DNA from: Candidatus Delongbacteria bacterium
GTDB lineage: Bacteria > CAIWAD01
NCBI GenBank assembly: GCA_963663545.1
Contig: OY760505.1
Coordinates: 2,432,001-2,496,000 of the forward strand
Length of the DNA: 64,000 bases
Reading direction: 5' to 3'
Below, in pieces: positions 27,503-37,890 of this stretch. The first letter of the stretch is position 1; every line of letters begins with the position of its first letter. The translations under genes and the position numbers were made by a program. The notes beneath the pieces were generated by a model. It did not search any database and was not told the origin of the DNA. It worked only from the letters and a program-made list of their open reading frames with translations.

Positions 27503-29068
27503 ATGAGGAAGCATTTCGCCTGCCTGTTGTTGTCTTTCATTGTGATACGGCTTTGCGCTGCGTCCGCTCCGGCTGTCCCTTGCTGGGTGTTTCTGGAAAG
27601 CGGCTACGAAAGCCAATATCCGGCAGAAAAGGCGCTTCAGCCAACCGGGAAAGCCTTGCAGCGTCGAGCGCTGCGAGGAAATGGAGAATGGCCCGAATGG
27701 ATCGATCGTCCTCTGCCAGTTGACTGGATCGAGGCAGTCGAATCCACTGGTGTGGATGTGCGCACGCAGAGTCGTTGGTTGCGCGCTGTCTCGGTGCTGG
27801 CAACAGAGCAGCAGCAGGAACGCTTGCGCACTTTGCCTGGTGTTCGCGAATTGTGTCCCGTGTTACGCGGACGCCGTGTGACGCAGCCGGATCTCGATGC
27901 TTCGCACATCAATCGACTGCAATATGGCGACAGCCAAACGCAGCTTGAGCAGATCGGCGTACCAACGGCTCATGATCGCGGCCTTAGCGGGAGCGGTGTA
28001 CTGGTGCTGATGATTGACAGCGGCTACTACAAGGATCATGAGGCGCTGGATGAATCTCGCGTTGTGGGCGAGTGGGATTTCATCTTCGACGACGGTGATA
28101 CACAGAACGGCCCAGAGGACATCGCCACGCAACACAACCATGGCACGGCGACGGCAACCGCCCTGGGTGCACACGTTCCCGGCGTGCTCTACGGTCCCGC
28201 TTACAATTGCAGCTACCTGTTGGCCAAGACCGAAGATCTGCGCAGTGAGACACCCATAGAAGAGGACTACCTGGTAGCCGCACTGGAGTGGGGCGAGCCG
28301 CTGGGCGCCGACCTGGCTTCCATCTCTCTGGGGTACACGGACTGGTATTTGCAAACCGACCTGGATGGTCAAACTGCCGTTTGTACGCAGGGAGTCAATC
28401 AGGCAATCGAGTTGGGTATGGTCGTTGTTACTTCGGCAGGAAATTCACGCGTCAGCGACTGGGGCGCTATCGGTACTCCCGCCGATGCTTTTGAAGTAAT
28501 CAGCACTGGTGCCGTCGATAGCGCTGGAGAGCTGATGTACTTCAGCAGTCCGGGACCGACAGCCGATGGCCGCATCAAGCCAGAAGTCGTAGCCATGGGC
28601 GGCGGCGTCTGGTGCGCGGGAACCGACAATGTGACACACTATCGCACCGCGGCGGGCACAAGTCTTTCCTGCCCCCTGGTGGCGGGAAGCGCAGCACTGA
28701 TCTTGGAAGCGCATCCTGACTGGACTCCAGGTCTCGTGAGACGCGCGCTGATGTTCACCGCAGACCGTGCGGGCGCACCGGACAATGACTTCGGCTGGGG
28801 GCTCGTTAATCTGCCCGCCGCGCTGGATTTCCAACCGGGCGGTGATACGCTACAGATCAGCCTCCAGGCAGGACAGCTCGTACTCTGCTGGAATGCTGGC
28901 TTGGCGCAGAGCTACATCGTACGCAGCTCTGATTGCGCCTACGGTCCTTTTGAAACGGTTGTTGCCGCAACTGCGGACACAATGCTTGTGATACAAAACG
29001 TCATTGGCGACGCTACTCGCTTCTATCAGGTGCGAGCCTTTTTTGAGGACGCTGGAGTCGACCAATGA
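27503..29068 (+). CDS. Secreted S8 subtilisin-like peptidase with FN3-like C-terminal domain
   Basis: MIDSG, HGT, SAGN, GTSLSCPLVAG. Confidence 0.93.
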   Translation: MRKHFACLLLSFIVIRLCAASAPAVPCWVFLESGYESQYPAEKALQPTGKALQRRALRGNGEWPEWIDRPLPVDWIEAVESTGVDVRTQSRWLRAVSVLATEQQQERLRTLPGVRELCPVLRGRRVTQPDLDASHINRLQYGDSQTQLEQIGVPTAHDRGLSGSGVLVLMIDSGYYKDHEALDESRVVGEWDFIFDDGDTQNGPEDIATQHNHGTATATALGAHVPGVLYGPAYNCSYLLAKTEDLRSETPIEEDYLVAALEWGEPLGADLASISLGYTDWYLQTDLDGQTAVCTQGVNQAIELGMVVVTSAGNSRVSDWGAIGTPADAFEVISTGAVDSAGELMYFSSPGPTADGRIKPEVVAMGGGVWCAGTDNVTHYRTAAGTSLSCPLVAGSAALILEAHPDWTPGLVRRALMFTADRAGAPDNDFGWGLVNLPAALDFQPGGDTLQISLQAGQLVLCWNAGLAQSYIVRSSDCAYGPFETVVAATADTMLVIQNVIGDATRFYQVRAFFEDAGVDQ

Positions 29069-29811
29069 GCAAGGGCCGCTTGCATGTAACACGCTTTCGG
29101 GATCACGGCTGGCTTGTGCATGTTGCACCCTGGGCCGCCGACTGGTGGCCCGGCGTTGACACTCTGCTGAGCACCCTGGAGGGCGAGCGTGTCGAGGTGC
29201 TGCGCGACAGCGATCGCAGCCGCGTGATACGTCTGCGGTGTCTACCACAAGCGCCTGGAAGGTTGGATTGTGTGGCCAAACAGCCGCGCTGGCATGATCG
29301 TCGCCGTTGGATTCGCTTCACCACGCTCTGGCGCAAGGGCGAAGCTCTGCGGACCTTTTCTGCCTGGATGGAGCTGAGCGCGTTGCATTGGCCAGCACCC
29401 CGTCCGCTGGCCGCGCTCGAGCGCCGATGCTGCGGCATGGTGTTCGAGAGTTGGCTGCTCTACGAGTTTGTTGAAGGCGAGAGTGTATCGGAAGCGCACT
29501 GGCCCCTAATCGTCCAGGCTTTGCAATCGCTGCACAGCGCTGGCTTCTGTCATCGTGATCCGCACTTGGCCAACTGGCTGATTCACAATGGCGAAGTTCG
29601 CGCGCTTGATATCAACCCTGCTCGACTCGGCCTGCTCTGCGGAGGCTACGGCATCGCATTTGATTTCATCCGCCTGCGCCAATGCGAGCCGCGTGCCGCA
29701 AGCCTTCTGCCAAAGCGGCGCGGGCTGTGTTGGTTACTGGCAGAGGCACGAAATTCTGTGCACGAATGGCTGGCCAGGCGCAAGCGCAAACTGCGCGGCC
29801 AGAGCGTGTAA
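29065..29811 (+). CDS. LPS kinase, Kdo/WaaP/InaA family
   Basis: VAKQP, LYEFVEG, HRDPHLANW, ALD. Confidence 0.8.
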   Translation: MSKGRLHVTRFRDHGWLVHVAPWAADWWPGVDTLLSTLEGERVEVLRDSDRSRVIRLRCLPQAPGRLDCVAKQPRWHDRRRWIRFTTLWRKGEALRTFSAWMELSALHWPAPRPLAALERRCCGMVFESWLLYEFVEGESVSEAHWPLIVQALQSLHSAGFCHRDPHLANWLIHNGEVRALDINPARLGLLCGGYGIAFDFIRLRQCEPRAASLLPKRRGLCWLLAEARNSVHEWLARRKRKLRGQSV

Positions 29812-29845
29812 AGGTCCTTCGATCGAAGATTGTTAGTTTCTAGAC

Positions 29846-29872
29846 AAGGCGGGAACATAGCTCCCGCCTTTT
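29846..29872 (+). terminator. Rho-independent terminator
   Basis: aaggcggga/tcccgcctt followed by tt. Confidence 0.65.
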
Positions 29873-29985
29873 GCGTAGGGGAAAACTTTCGACCGCGGGC
29901 AGTAGAAGTCGTTGTCCGTGGCTGCGGCTGTCCCCGGCCGCGCTGTTCTCGCACATGGAAGAATCATAAATGGGTAGTGAGGGCT

Positions 29986-30951
29986 ATGATCCAGTTCGAT
30001 CAACTTAGCAAGCACTATGGCCCCGTGAAGGCGCTGGACCAAGCCAGTTTCAGTGTCAACACCGGGGAGATCGTGGGCCTGCTCGGACCCAATGGTGCCG
30101 GCAAGACTACGGCAATGAAGGTGCTCACGTGTTACATGCCTCCCACAGCGGGGGGTGTCACCGTAGACAATCTGGATGTGGAGCGCGACGCGCTGGAAAT
30201 CCGGCGGAAGCTGGGTTACCTGCCGGAGCACAATCCGTTGTACCTGGACATGAGTGTGGACGAGTATCTGCAGTTCTGTGCCCGTTTGCATCAGGTCCCG
30301 CGTCAGGACATGGCAAAACGCATCGATCGCACCATTGATCGTTGCGGCCTTGGCAGCCACCGCAGGCGTCACATCGGACAGCTTTCCAAGGGCTTCCGTC
30401 AGCGTGTCGGTTTGGCACAGGCCATGGTTCACGAGCCGGAAGTGCTCATTCTCGATGAGCCCACAACCGGTTTGGATCCAAACCAGATTGTCGAAATCCG
30501 CAACCTGATCAAGGAGCTGGGCCGCGAAAAGACGGTGCTGCTTTCCACACATATCATGCAGGAAGTGCAGGCGGTCTGCAGCCGCGTTGTCATCATCAAC
30601 AAGGGCCGCATTGTGGCCGATGACACCGCCGAAAACCTGCAGGCCAACCAGTCGGGACGTCCGGTGTACACGCTGGAAATCAAGGCTGGCAGCGGCAACC
30701 TGGATGGTGCCGCCCGTCGTCTGCGCGAGCGTTTGCCCTTGGGCGATATCGAGGATCTGACTCCGCACGGTGCCAGCACCCTCAAGCTGCGTCTGCAAGG
30801 CGAGGCCGACTCTGCCAGCGACATTCGCGAGCTACTCTTCGGTTTTGCCGTCGAGCAGGGCTGGGTTCTGCTTGAGCTGGGCCGCACGCAGCGTTCTCTC
30901 GAAGATGTCTTCCGCCAGTTCACCACCGACGGTCAGGAGGGGACACGATGA
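29986..30951 (+). CDS. gldA: ABC transporter ATP-binding protein, GldA-like
   Basis: GPNGAGKTT, LSKGFRQRVGLAQA, ILDEPT. Confidence 0.85.
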   Translation: MIQFDQLSKHYGPVKALDQASFSVNTGEIVGLLGPNGAGKTTAMKVLTCYMPPTAGGVTVDNLDVERDALEIRRKLGYLPEHNPLYLDMSVDEYLQFCARLHQVPRQDMAKRIDRTIDRCGLGSHRRRHIGQLSKGFRQRVGLAQAMVHEPEVLILDEPTTGLDPNQIVEIRNLIKELGREKTVLLSTHIMQEVQAVCSRVVIINKGRIVADDTAENLQANQSGRPVYTLEIKAGSGNLDGAARRLRERLPLGDIEDLTPHGASTLKLRLQGEADSASDIRELLFGFAVEQGWVLLELGRTQRSLEDVFRQFTTDGQEGTR

Positions 30952-31658
30952 ACTCGATCTGTGCCATTTACCGTCGCGAGCTGCAGGCTTACTTCAATAG
31001 TGCTGTCGCCTGGATGTTTCTCGCCGTTTTCCTGCTCTTGGCAGGCTGGTTCTTCTTCAGCGCCTTCTTTGTGCAAGGGCAAGCCGATGTTCGCGGCCTG
31101 CTGGAGATGATTCCGATGATGTTCATCTTCTTCGTGCCAGCGCTTACCATGCGTACGGTCAGCGAAGAGAAGCGCCAGGGCACCCTGGAACTGCTGGTCA
31201 CCTACCCCGTGCAGGATCACGAAGTCATCCTGGGCAAATACCTGGCCACCCTGACCCTGCTGGCCATCGCTGTCGCTGCCACTCTGACCTATACGATCAG
31301 TGTGTCCATGATCGGCGATCTGGACGGCGGTATGGTCTTAACCGGCTACATCGGCATGCTGCTAATGGGAGCCGCCTACGCGGCGATCGGCGTGCTGGCC
31401 TCTAGTCTCACCACGAATCAGATCGCGGGCTTCATTCTGGGGATCGTGATGATCTTTGTCCTCTTCCTGATGGACAAGGTTCTCTACTTCATTCCCGGTC
31501 AACTGGTGGGCCTCTTCGAGTACCTGTCCATCGACGCCCACTACCACAGCCTGATTCGCGGCGTCATCGACACACGCGATCTGGTGTATTACGGCAGCGT
31601 AATCGCTTTGGGCCTCTTCATGGCGTCCCAGAGTCTCAGTCGCCGCAAGTGGAACTAG
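30948..31658 (+). CDS. gldF: ABC-2 permease, GldF-like
   Basis: SEEKRQGTLELL, GKYLA, RGVIDTRD. Confidence 0.85.
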   Translation: MNSICAIYRRELQAYFNSAVAWMFLAVFLLLAGWFFFSAFFVQGQADVRGLLEMIPMMFIFFVPALTMRTVSEEKRQGTLELLVTYPVQDHEVILGKYLATLTLLAIAVAATLTYTISVSMIGDLDGGMVLTGYIGMLLMGAAYAAIGVLASSLTTNQIAGFILGIVMIFVLFLMDKVLYFIPGQLVGLFEYLSIDAHYHSLIRGVIDTRDLVYYGSVIALGLFMASQSLSRRKWN

Positions 31659-31668
31659 GAGGTTGAGC

Positions 31669-33309
31669 ATGAGTGCAACGACACGCAAATCCATGCGCAG
31701 CAGCCTGCTCCTCGTTCTGGCTGTTATCATCGCGCTGAACGTCGCCGGCCGCATGTATTTCGGTCGCGCAGACGTAACCGAGGGCAACATCTACACTTTG
31801 TCCGACTACAGCCGCCAGCTCGTGGCCGGTATGGAGGACAAGATCACGGTCAAGGTCTTCTTCAGCGAAGACCTGGGTCCGCAGTACAATCAGAACCGCA
31901 TCTACCTGCGCGACATGCTCGAGGATTTTCAGGCCTACTCCAATGGCCGCTTCCGTTTCGAGATGGTCAACCCGCGTGAGAAGGAGGCTTTTGAGGCCGA
32001 GGCCGGTCGCTATCGCATTCAGCCGATGCAGGCCCAGGTGCTCGAAGACGACCAGCTCACCGTCAAGATGGTCTACATGGGACTGGTTTTCCTGGCTGGC
32101 GACAAGACCGAGACCATTCCCGTGCTGGGTGATGTGAACGGTCTGGAGTACACGCTGACCAGCACCCTCAAGCGTCTCACGCAGGACGAACTGCCGCTTG
32201 TTGGTGTGATACAGGGCCACGGCGAACCTTCACTGGATGCGCCGATGCAGAACCAGCGCATGATGCCCGCTGGAGATCGTGCTATCGGTACGGTACGTCA
32301 GCTGCTGGAGCAAAACTACCGCGTGCAGCCGGTTGAACTCGGCGCCGTGGATGAAATCGACCCGGCCATGAATACTCTGCTGTGGATCAGTCCGCAGGAG
32401 GAAGTCGCCACGGCTGATCTTTACAAGATCGACCAGTTCCTGATGCGTGGCGGACGCTTGGGCCTCTTCCTGGATAAGGTCGAGGGCGAATTGCAGACGC
32501 AGCAGGCCACGCCCATCAGCGTTGGCGAGCTGGACGATTTCCTCGCGCACCTGGGCATTCGCGTGAATGAGGATCTGGTGGGCGACGTCCATTGCGGCGC
32601 CGTACAGGTTCGTCAGCAGGGCGCGCGGGGTCTGGCAGCGCTGATTCCCATCAGCATGCGCTATCCGCTCTTTGTTGAGGTGCTGGATTTCAACGAGGAC
32701 CATGCCATCAGTCGCGATCTGGAGAACGCGATGCTGGCTTTCCCCTCTAGTTTGGACACTGCGGCCTTCGCAGCCGCGCGCAGCATGGGCATGAATGTGC
32801 AGACCATTGCCCGTTCCAGTGACATGAGCGAAGTACAGACGGGACCGCGTTACGATTTGCAGCCTATGGATCGCATGGACGAGCAGGCCGTGCGTGCGCG
32901 CTTCAACGCCGGACCGCAAACCTTGGCCATTTCGATGGAAGGTGCGGCCAGCAGCTATTTCACCGGCAAGGACTTGCCTGAGGGTACTGTGGAAGGCGCC
33001 CAGAGGCTTGACCAGGGCGTGGAGACGCGTATCGCAATGGTGGCCGACGGTGACTTCGCCTGTGACGGCTACGCCCAGCAGGGCAATCTTCTGCTGGTGC
33101 AAAACATCGTGGATTGGCTGAGCCTGGACGAAGGCCTGATCGGCATTCGTGGCAAGACCATTACCACGCGTCCGCTGGACGACCTGAGCGCCGGACAGCG
33201 CAAATTCGTCAAGTGGCTGAACATTCTGCTGCCGCCCATTGTCATCATACTGCTGGGTGTGGGGCGCTGGCTGCGTCGCCGTCGTCGTGCCGATTCCACC
33301 CAGGCCTAA
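31669..33309 (+). CDS. gldG: GldG-like ABC auxiliary component
   Basis: DVTEGNIYTLS, EYTLTS, GHGE, DQFLMRGG, NIVDWL. Confidence 0.85.
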   Translation: MSATTRKSMRSSLLLVLAVIIALNVAGRMYFGRADVTEGNIYTLSDYSRQLVAGMEDKITVKVFFSEDLGPQYNQNRIYLRDMLEDFQAYSNGRFRFEMVNPREKEAFEAEAGRYRIQPMQAQVLEDDQLTVKMVYMGLVFLAGDKTETIPVLGDVNGLEYTLTSTLKRLTQDELPLVGVIQGHGEPSLDAPMQNQRMMPAGDRAIGTVRQLLEQNYRVQPVELGAVDEIDPAMNTLLWISPQEEVATADLYKIDQFLMRGGRLGLFLDKVEGELQTQQATPISVGELDDFLAHLGIRVNEDLVGDVHCGAVQVRQQGARGLAALIPISMRYPLFVEVLDFNEDHAISRDLENAMLAFPSSLDTAAFAAARSMGMNVQTIARSSDMSEVQTGPRYDLQPMDRMDEQAVRARFNAGPQTLAISMEGAASSYFTGKDLPEGTVEGAQRLDQGVETRIAMVADGDFACDGYAQQGNLLLVQNIVDWLSLDEGLIGIRGKTITTRPLDDLSAGQRKFVKWLNILLPPIVIILLGVGRWLRRRRRADSTQA

Positions 33310-33323
33310 GCAAGGAGCACAAG

Positions 33324-34280
33324 ATGAAGAACAAGAATTTCATCCTGGTGGCGGCCCTGCTGGTACTGGTTGCCGCGATCGCCATTCCCAAGTTGATGCC
33401 GGAGAAGAAAAACTATCCAGACAAGCTGGCTGAGCTGGATTCCCTGGCAATTGATTTTATCCAGGTCAGTTCCGGTGATGGTGCCATCACCTTGCAGCGC
33501 AGTGGTGATACATGGCGTATCACGGATCCAATTGCCTACGACGCAGAACAGGGTACTATCGAACGCATACTGGGGCAGTTGTGTCACCTGGATGTTGTAG
33601 CCCTGACCAGTGAGAACCCAGATTACTCGCAGGACGATCGATACGAACTCGGTGATACACAGGCCGTACGCATCAAAGTGCAGGCTGGCGGGACACAGAT
33701 GATGGACGCACGTCTGGGCAAGGCAAGCCAGGACAATTCGAACGGCTTTGCCCGTCTCGAGAACGACTCTCGCATCTACCGTACTGCACAACCGCTGAAG
33801 ATGCGCTTTTCTACGGATCCTTCGCGCTGGATCAAGCGTGATCGTCCCATGGAGAACCTGGACGATTTGGAGCGATTGGTGCTTGAACGCAAAGGCGATC
33901 TGGGAACGCTGACCTTTGCCAAGGCCGACAGTGTCTGGCAAGTCAGTTGGACCGATGGCCGCGGACGTAGCAAGTGGAGTAACGAAGCCGTCAACGAGTC
34001 GCAGTTCAATACAGCGCGTACGCACATGAACAACATGCGTATTGCCGGATTGGCCGATGCCGAGAAGACGGCGCTATTGAATGAGCACGAGATTCTTTTG
34101 ACCTCGCGTGCTTTCTGGGCCGACGGCAAAGAGCACGTGGTCGAGTGGGTTCAGGACAAGGATTTGAGCCCGGACCGTGTGTATGCGCGCATCGATGGTG
34201 AGGATCTTTGGTACGAGATGTACCGCTACGAGTTTGACAAACTCAACAAGGCCGCCGACGAGTATCGGCTAAGTGAGTAG
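33324..34280 (+). CDS. DUF4340-like membrane-anchored protein
   Basis: N-terminal TM helix, WRITDPI; typical fourth gene of GldAFG-type operons. Confidence 0.75.
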   Translation: MKNKNFILVAALLVLVAAIAIPKLMPEKKNYPDKLAELDSLAIDFIQVSSGDGAITLQRSGDTWRITDPIAYDAEQGTIERILGQLCHLDVVALTSENPDYSQDDRYELGDTQAVRIKVQAGGTQMMDARLGKASQDNSNGFARLENDSRIYRTAQPLKMRFSTDPSRWIKRDRPMENLDDLERLVLERKGDLGTLTFAKADSVWQVSWTDGRGRSKWSNEAVNESQFNTARTHMNNMRIAGLADAEKTALLNEHEILLTSRAFWADGKEHVVEWVQDKDLSPDRVYARIDGEDLWYEMYRYEFDKLNKAADEYRLSE

Positions 34281-34286
34281 CCTTCC

Positions 34287-34315
34287 AAGGCCGCCTGCGG
34301 GCGGCCTTTTCTTTT
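34287..34315 (+). terminator. Rho-independent terminator
   Basis: aaggccgcc/ggcggcctt followed by a T-rich tail. Confidence 0.75.
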
Positions 34316-34384
34316 CCATGCGTTCCTAATGCTTGTTCTGCGCTGCGGATGTGACACTTTGTTAGTGCGTGATACGGAGGCTCC

Positions 34385-34858
34385 ATGCACTTTGCCGCTC
34401 CCTTTGGTGGAATCATTAGCGTACTACCGATGCTGCCGAACCTGCTCTGGATGTTGCTCCCCGGCAAAGCTGTCGACGCGGTAATTGTGAAGCCGCGCTG
34501 GCTGGAGTGGGCCGAACAGGCTGCGCGGCTGCCACTTATACTGTTGCCCTTTTGGTTTCCCCTGCAAATCAGCACGCACCTTCAGCTCGGGGCTGCCGGA
34601 GGTGCCCTGTTCTGCCTGTTGCTGTACTACGGCTTATGGCTTCGGTATTTTTTAGGCGGTCGGGTTCAGCAGGACCTATTTCGTAGCTGTTGTGGACTCC
34701 CGTATCCCATGGCTGTCATTCCCTGCCTATATTTCCTGCTGTGCACTGCCCTTCTTCATGTCGTGCTGCTAGTGCCGGCAGTCCTTTTTAGCGTGTTTCA
34801 TCTACTTGTGACACATCGATCGGCAGGGGAAGCACTTGCCCCTTCAACGTTGAGGTGA
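34385..34858 (+). CDS. Hypothetical membrane protein
   Basis: GGAGG RBS; several TM segments; PNLLW and PYPMA motifs. Confidence 0.7.
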   Translation: MHFAAPFGGIISVLPMLPNLLWMLLPGKAVDAVIVKPRWLEWAEQAARLPLILLPFWFPLQISTHLQLGAAGGALFCLLLYYGLWLRYFLGGRVQQDLFRSCCGLPYPMAVIPCLYFLLCTALLHVVLLVPAVLFSVFHLLVTHRSAGEALAPSTLR

Positions 34859-34883
34859 CACAGGTCCAACCAGGGAGATCCAC

Positions 34884-35840
34884 ATGCTCAGGGTTTTCGT
34901 TTCTCTCCTATTGATCGGGAGTTCGTTTGCTGGCCCCTTGGCTGGGCTGGGGGATCCACCTGACAAAGCCGAGCCCCTTCCCATTCCTGGTATCAACACG
35001 GGGCTCTACGAGCGCGATGTGGCCATTAGCGCCGACGGTCGTGAGTTGTACTACGGTCTGCTGCACAAAGACTACGCTGTTATAGCAAACAGCGTGTATC
35101 ACGGAGGAAGCTGGAGCGAACCCGAGGTGGCCACTGCTTTTCGTGGCGCACAGGGCATGAACCTGGAAGCGCATATCACTCCCGATGGATCACGCTTGAT
35201 GTTTTTGTCTACACGCCGACAAGGCGGCGACGATCCCGAGCCGGGCTTGATGAATCAGGACATCTGGGTGATGGATCGTGAGGGCGATGGATGGGGCAAG
35301 GCCTGGAATCTGGGAGCACCCGTCAACAGCGAGAAACCTGAGTACTTCCCTTCTGTGACACGCGATGGAACCCTGTATTTCACGCGCGAAGAGGAGCCCC
35401 GCCGAAACGCGCTCTACCGCGCGATAACCTCCAACGGCAGCTACGTGGATGTGGAGCGCATGCCCGACGAAATCAATTCGGCGGCTCCCTACAACACCTG
35501 TGTATCACCGGATGGTTCTTACGTGATTGCCTGTGCGCACACTGAGGATTGCATCGGCAATACCGACTATTGTGTTTCCTTTCAGCTGCCCGATGGCACC
35601 TGGACTCCTTTGCGCAGCCTGGGTGAGAGCGTGAACCGCCCTGGCAGCACAGCCATATCTCCTTCCCTTTCCGCCGATGGAAGCACCTTGTTCTTTTCTG
35701 CAGCCTGGAGCGAAAAACTACCCGACGACTTTGCGCTGGCGGAGCTGATCGCCAGGAATTGTAGGGCAGGCGGTGGTAGCTATGACCTCTACTGGATTTC
35801 CACTGCATTTATTGATGCACTGCGGCCGCAAGCTGAGTAG
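34884..35840 (+). CDS. Secreted PD40/TolB-like beta-propeller protein
   Basis: Repeats ISADGRELYY, ITPDGSRLMF, VSPDGSYVI, LSADGSTLFF. Confidence 0.85.
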   Translation: MLRVFVSLLLIGSSFAGPLAGLGDPPDKAEPLPIPGINTGLYERDVAISADGRELYYGLLHKDYAVIANSVYHGGSWSEPEVATAFRGAQGMNLEAHITPDGSRLMFLSTRRQGGDDPEPGLMNQDIWVMDREGDGWGKAWNLGAPVNSEKPEYFPSVTRDGTLYFTREEEPRRNALYRAITSNGSYVDVERMPDEINSAAPYNTCVSPDGSYVIACAHTEDCIGNTDYCVSFQLPDGTWTPLRSLGESVNRPGSTAISPSLSADGSTLFFSAAWSEKLPDDFALAELIARNCRAGGGSYDLYWISTAFIDALRPQAE

Positions 35841-35861
35841 CCGCTTCCGGCGGGAGACACA

Positions 35862-37190
35862 ATGTCCTTCGATCGTGTTTTGATACGTGGTGCTTCCCTC
35901 TGGAGCGATCAGGAGTGGCAGCAGCTAGATCTGCAGATTAGTGCAGGCAAGATTGTGGCTGTGGCGGAGTGCCTGCCGTACGAGGGCGGTGCTACAATTG
36001 ATGCCGGGGGCTTGCTGATGCTTCCCGGCGTAATTGATGCGCACGTTCATTTTCGTGAACCCGGTTTGGAGCACAAAGAGGATTTTATCAGCGGAAGCAT
36101 GGCTGCCGTCGCGGGTGGTGTTACAAGTGTGCTTGAGATGCCCAACAGTCGGCCGCCGACAACGATGGGGTCTGCGCTGCAGGACAAACTGGCGCGAGCG
36201 GCAGGAAGAATGGCCTGTGACTACGCGTTCTTTGTAGGCGCTGCCGCCGACAACTTGCAGCAGCTGGCGGACCTGGAGCAGATGGCGGGATGTGCAGGAA
36301 TCAAGATTTTCATGGGCAGTTCGACGGGTAATCTGTTGCTCGATGACGGTGCAATGCTGCGTGCTGCGCTCCGCGCTGGATGCCGCCGAGTTGCCGTGCA
36401 TGCTGAGGATGAAGGCCGATTGCGCAAGCTGCAGGCCGATGAGCCCGAACCAGAGAATGTATCACGGCATCCCTTTTTGCGTGATGAACGTGCAGCCGAA
36501 ATAGCAACCGAAAGGCTTATCCGCCTGGTGCGTGAGACACAGCGCCCCGCGCATTTGTTGCACGTCTCCACAGCGGGCGAAGTTGAGCTGTTGCGGCGCG
36601 AGCGCAACAATCCACTTTTAACGGCCGAAGTCACGCCTCAGCATCTGTTGCTGGAAGCTCCGCAGTGTTACATAAGTCTGGGAACACGGGCGCAGATGAA
36701 TCCGCCCATTCGCGAGGCAGAACATCGTCGTGCCTTGTGGTGTGGTCTCCACGACGGCGTGTTCCAAACCATGGGCAGCGATCATGCGCCGCACACGCTC
36801 GAGGAAAAGGCGCGCCCCTATCCTACTTCTCCTTCAGGTATGCCTGGCGTGGAGACGATGCTGCCGCTGATGCTGGACTGCATGCTTCGCGAAGAGCTTA
36901 GTCCCGACATTGTGATTCGATTGTTGTGCAGCGGTCCAGCGGCCGTGTGGCGCATTCAGCACAAAGGAAGTCTGCACCCTGGAAACGACGCGGACCTCGT
37001 TCTGGTTGATCCAAAAGCAGAGTACACCGTGAAAGCAAGCCGTCTGCATAGTCGAGCAGGTTGGAGTGCTTTTGAGGGGCGCCAACTGCGAGGTCGCATC
37101 GTTCGCACTATTCTCCGCGGCATGACAGTGTATCACGAAGGAGACTTCCCCGTTGATCCAATGGGAAAGGTGCTGCGTTTCGAGGAGTAG
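35862..37190 (+). CDS. pyrC: Dihydroorotase (type I)
   Basis: DAHVHFREPG, EMPN, KIFMGSSTG, HAED, MNPPIR, SDHAPH. Confidence 0.88.
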   Translation: MSFDRVLIRGASLWSDQEWQQLDLQISAGKIVAVAECLPYEGGATIDAGGLLMLPGVIDAHVHFREPGLEHKEDFISGSMAAVAGGVTSVLEMPNSRPPTTMGSALQDKLARAAGRMACDYAFFVGAAADNLQQLADLEQMAGCAGIKIFMGSSTGNLLLDDGAMLRAALRAGCRRVAVHAEDEGRLRKLQADEPEPENVSRHPFLRDERAAEIATERLIRLVRETQRPAHLLHVSTAGEVELLRRERNNPLLTAEVTPQHLLLEAPQCYISLGTRAQMNPPIREAEHRRALWCGLHDGVFQTMGSDHAPHTLEEKARPYPTSPSGMPGVETMLPLMLDCMLREELSPDIVIRLLCSGPAAVWRIQHKGSLHPGNDADLVLVDPKAEYTVKASRLHSRAGWSAFEGRQLRGRIVRTILRGMTVYHEGDFPVDPMGKVLRFEE

Positions 37191-37302
37191 ACTGCGTTTC
37201 AAGGTAGAATACAGCCGCGCGGTGATGCAGGTGGTCCCGCAGGATTCCTACTTTGTACGCCTGTTGTCGAAGAACCGGTCTTCACTGCAAAAGGATGCAT
37301 TT

Positions 37303-37890
37303 ATGACTGCCGCCAATTGGCTGACCGCTGCCCGCATTTTCATGAGCCCCTTCTTTGTGCTGATCTTTGTGCAGGAAGGGCTTTGGGCGCGTATCGCGGC
37401 TCTGCTGCTGATCATCGCTTCGGAGCTGACGGATGCATTTGACGGAGCCCTGGCTCGCAAGCGTGGTGAGGTAACGGATTTTGGCAAGCTGCTGGACCCG
37501 TTGGCCGATTCCATCAGTCGTATCACGGTCTTTGTTGCCTTCATGTGGAGCGGCCTGATTCCCTGGTGGATGCTGCTGGTCTTTATCTATCGTGACAGCA
37601 CAGTGGCCACCATGCGCACTATTTGTGCCTATCGTGGCGAAGTGGTCGCTGCCCGTGTTTCGGGCAAGATCAAAGCCATTGTTCAGGCCACGGCCATCAT
37701 CACCATTCTTGTCGCACGCATTGCAAACAGCCTGTTTCCGCAGTACCTGGCCGACGGTTTTGTGTCACAACTCGCCTGGTGGTTGATGCTGGTGACTTCC
37801 CTTTACACCTTGTATTCGCTCTATGAGTACCTGAATGCAAATCGCCACATCTGGCTGAAGGCTGCCCAAGTGCGAGGGAGCGAGAACTGA
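37303..37890 (+). CDS. pgsA: CDP-diacylglycerol--glycerol-3-phosphate 3-phosphatidyltransferase
   Basis: NWLTAAR, TDAFDGALAR, FGKLLDPLAD, GKIK. Confidence 0.9.
   Translation: MTAANWLTAARIFMSPFFVLIFVQEGLWARIAALLLIIASELTDAFDGALARKRGEVTDFGKLLDPLADSISRITVFVAFMWSGLIPWWMLLVFIYRDSTVATMRTICAYRGEVVAARVSGKIKAIVQATAIITILVARIANSLFPQYLADGFVSQLAWWLMLVTSLYTLYSLYEYLNANRHIWLKAAQVRGSEN

Noticed and set aside
29873..29985. Hairpins in the gldA leader as a riboswitch
   Set aside because: Short GC stems only; no recognisable aptamer consensus
35862..37190. Allantoinase linked to xdhABC
   Set aside because: HxHxREPG with Arg and the KIFMGSSTG motif fit dihydroorotase, and the gene is 12 kb from xdh
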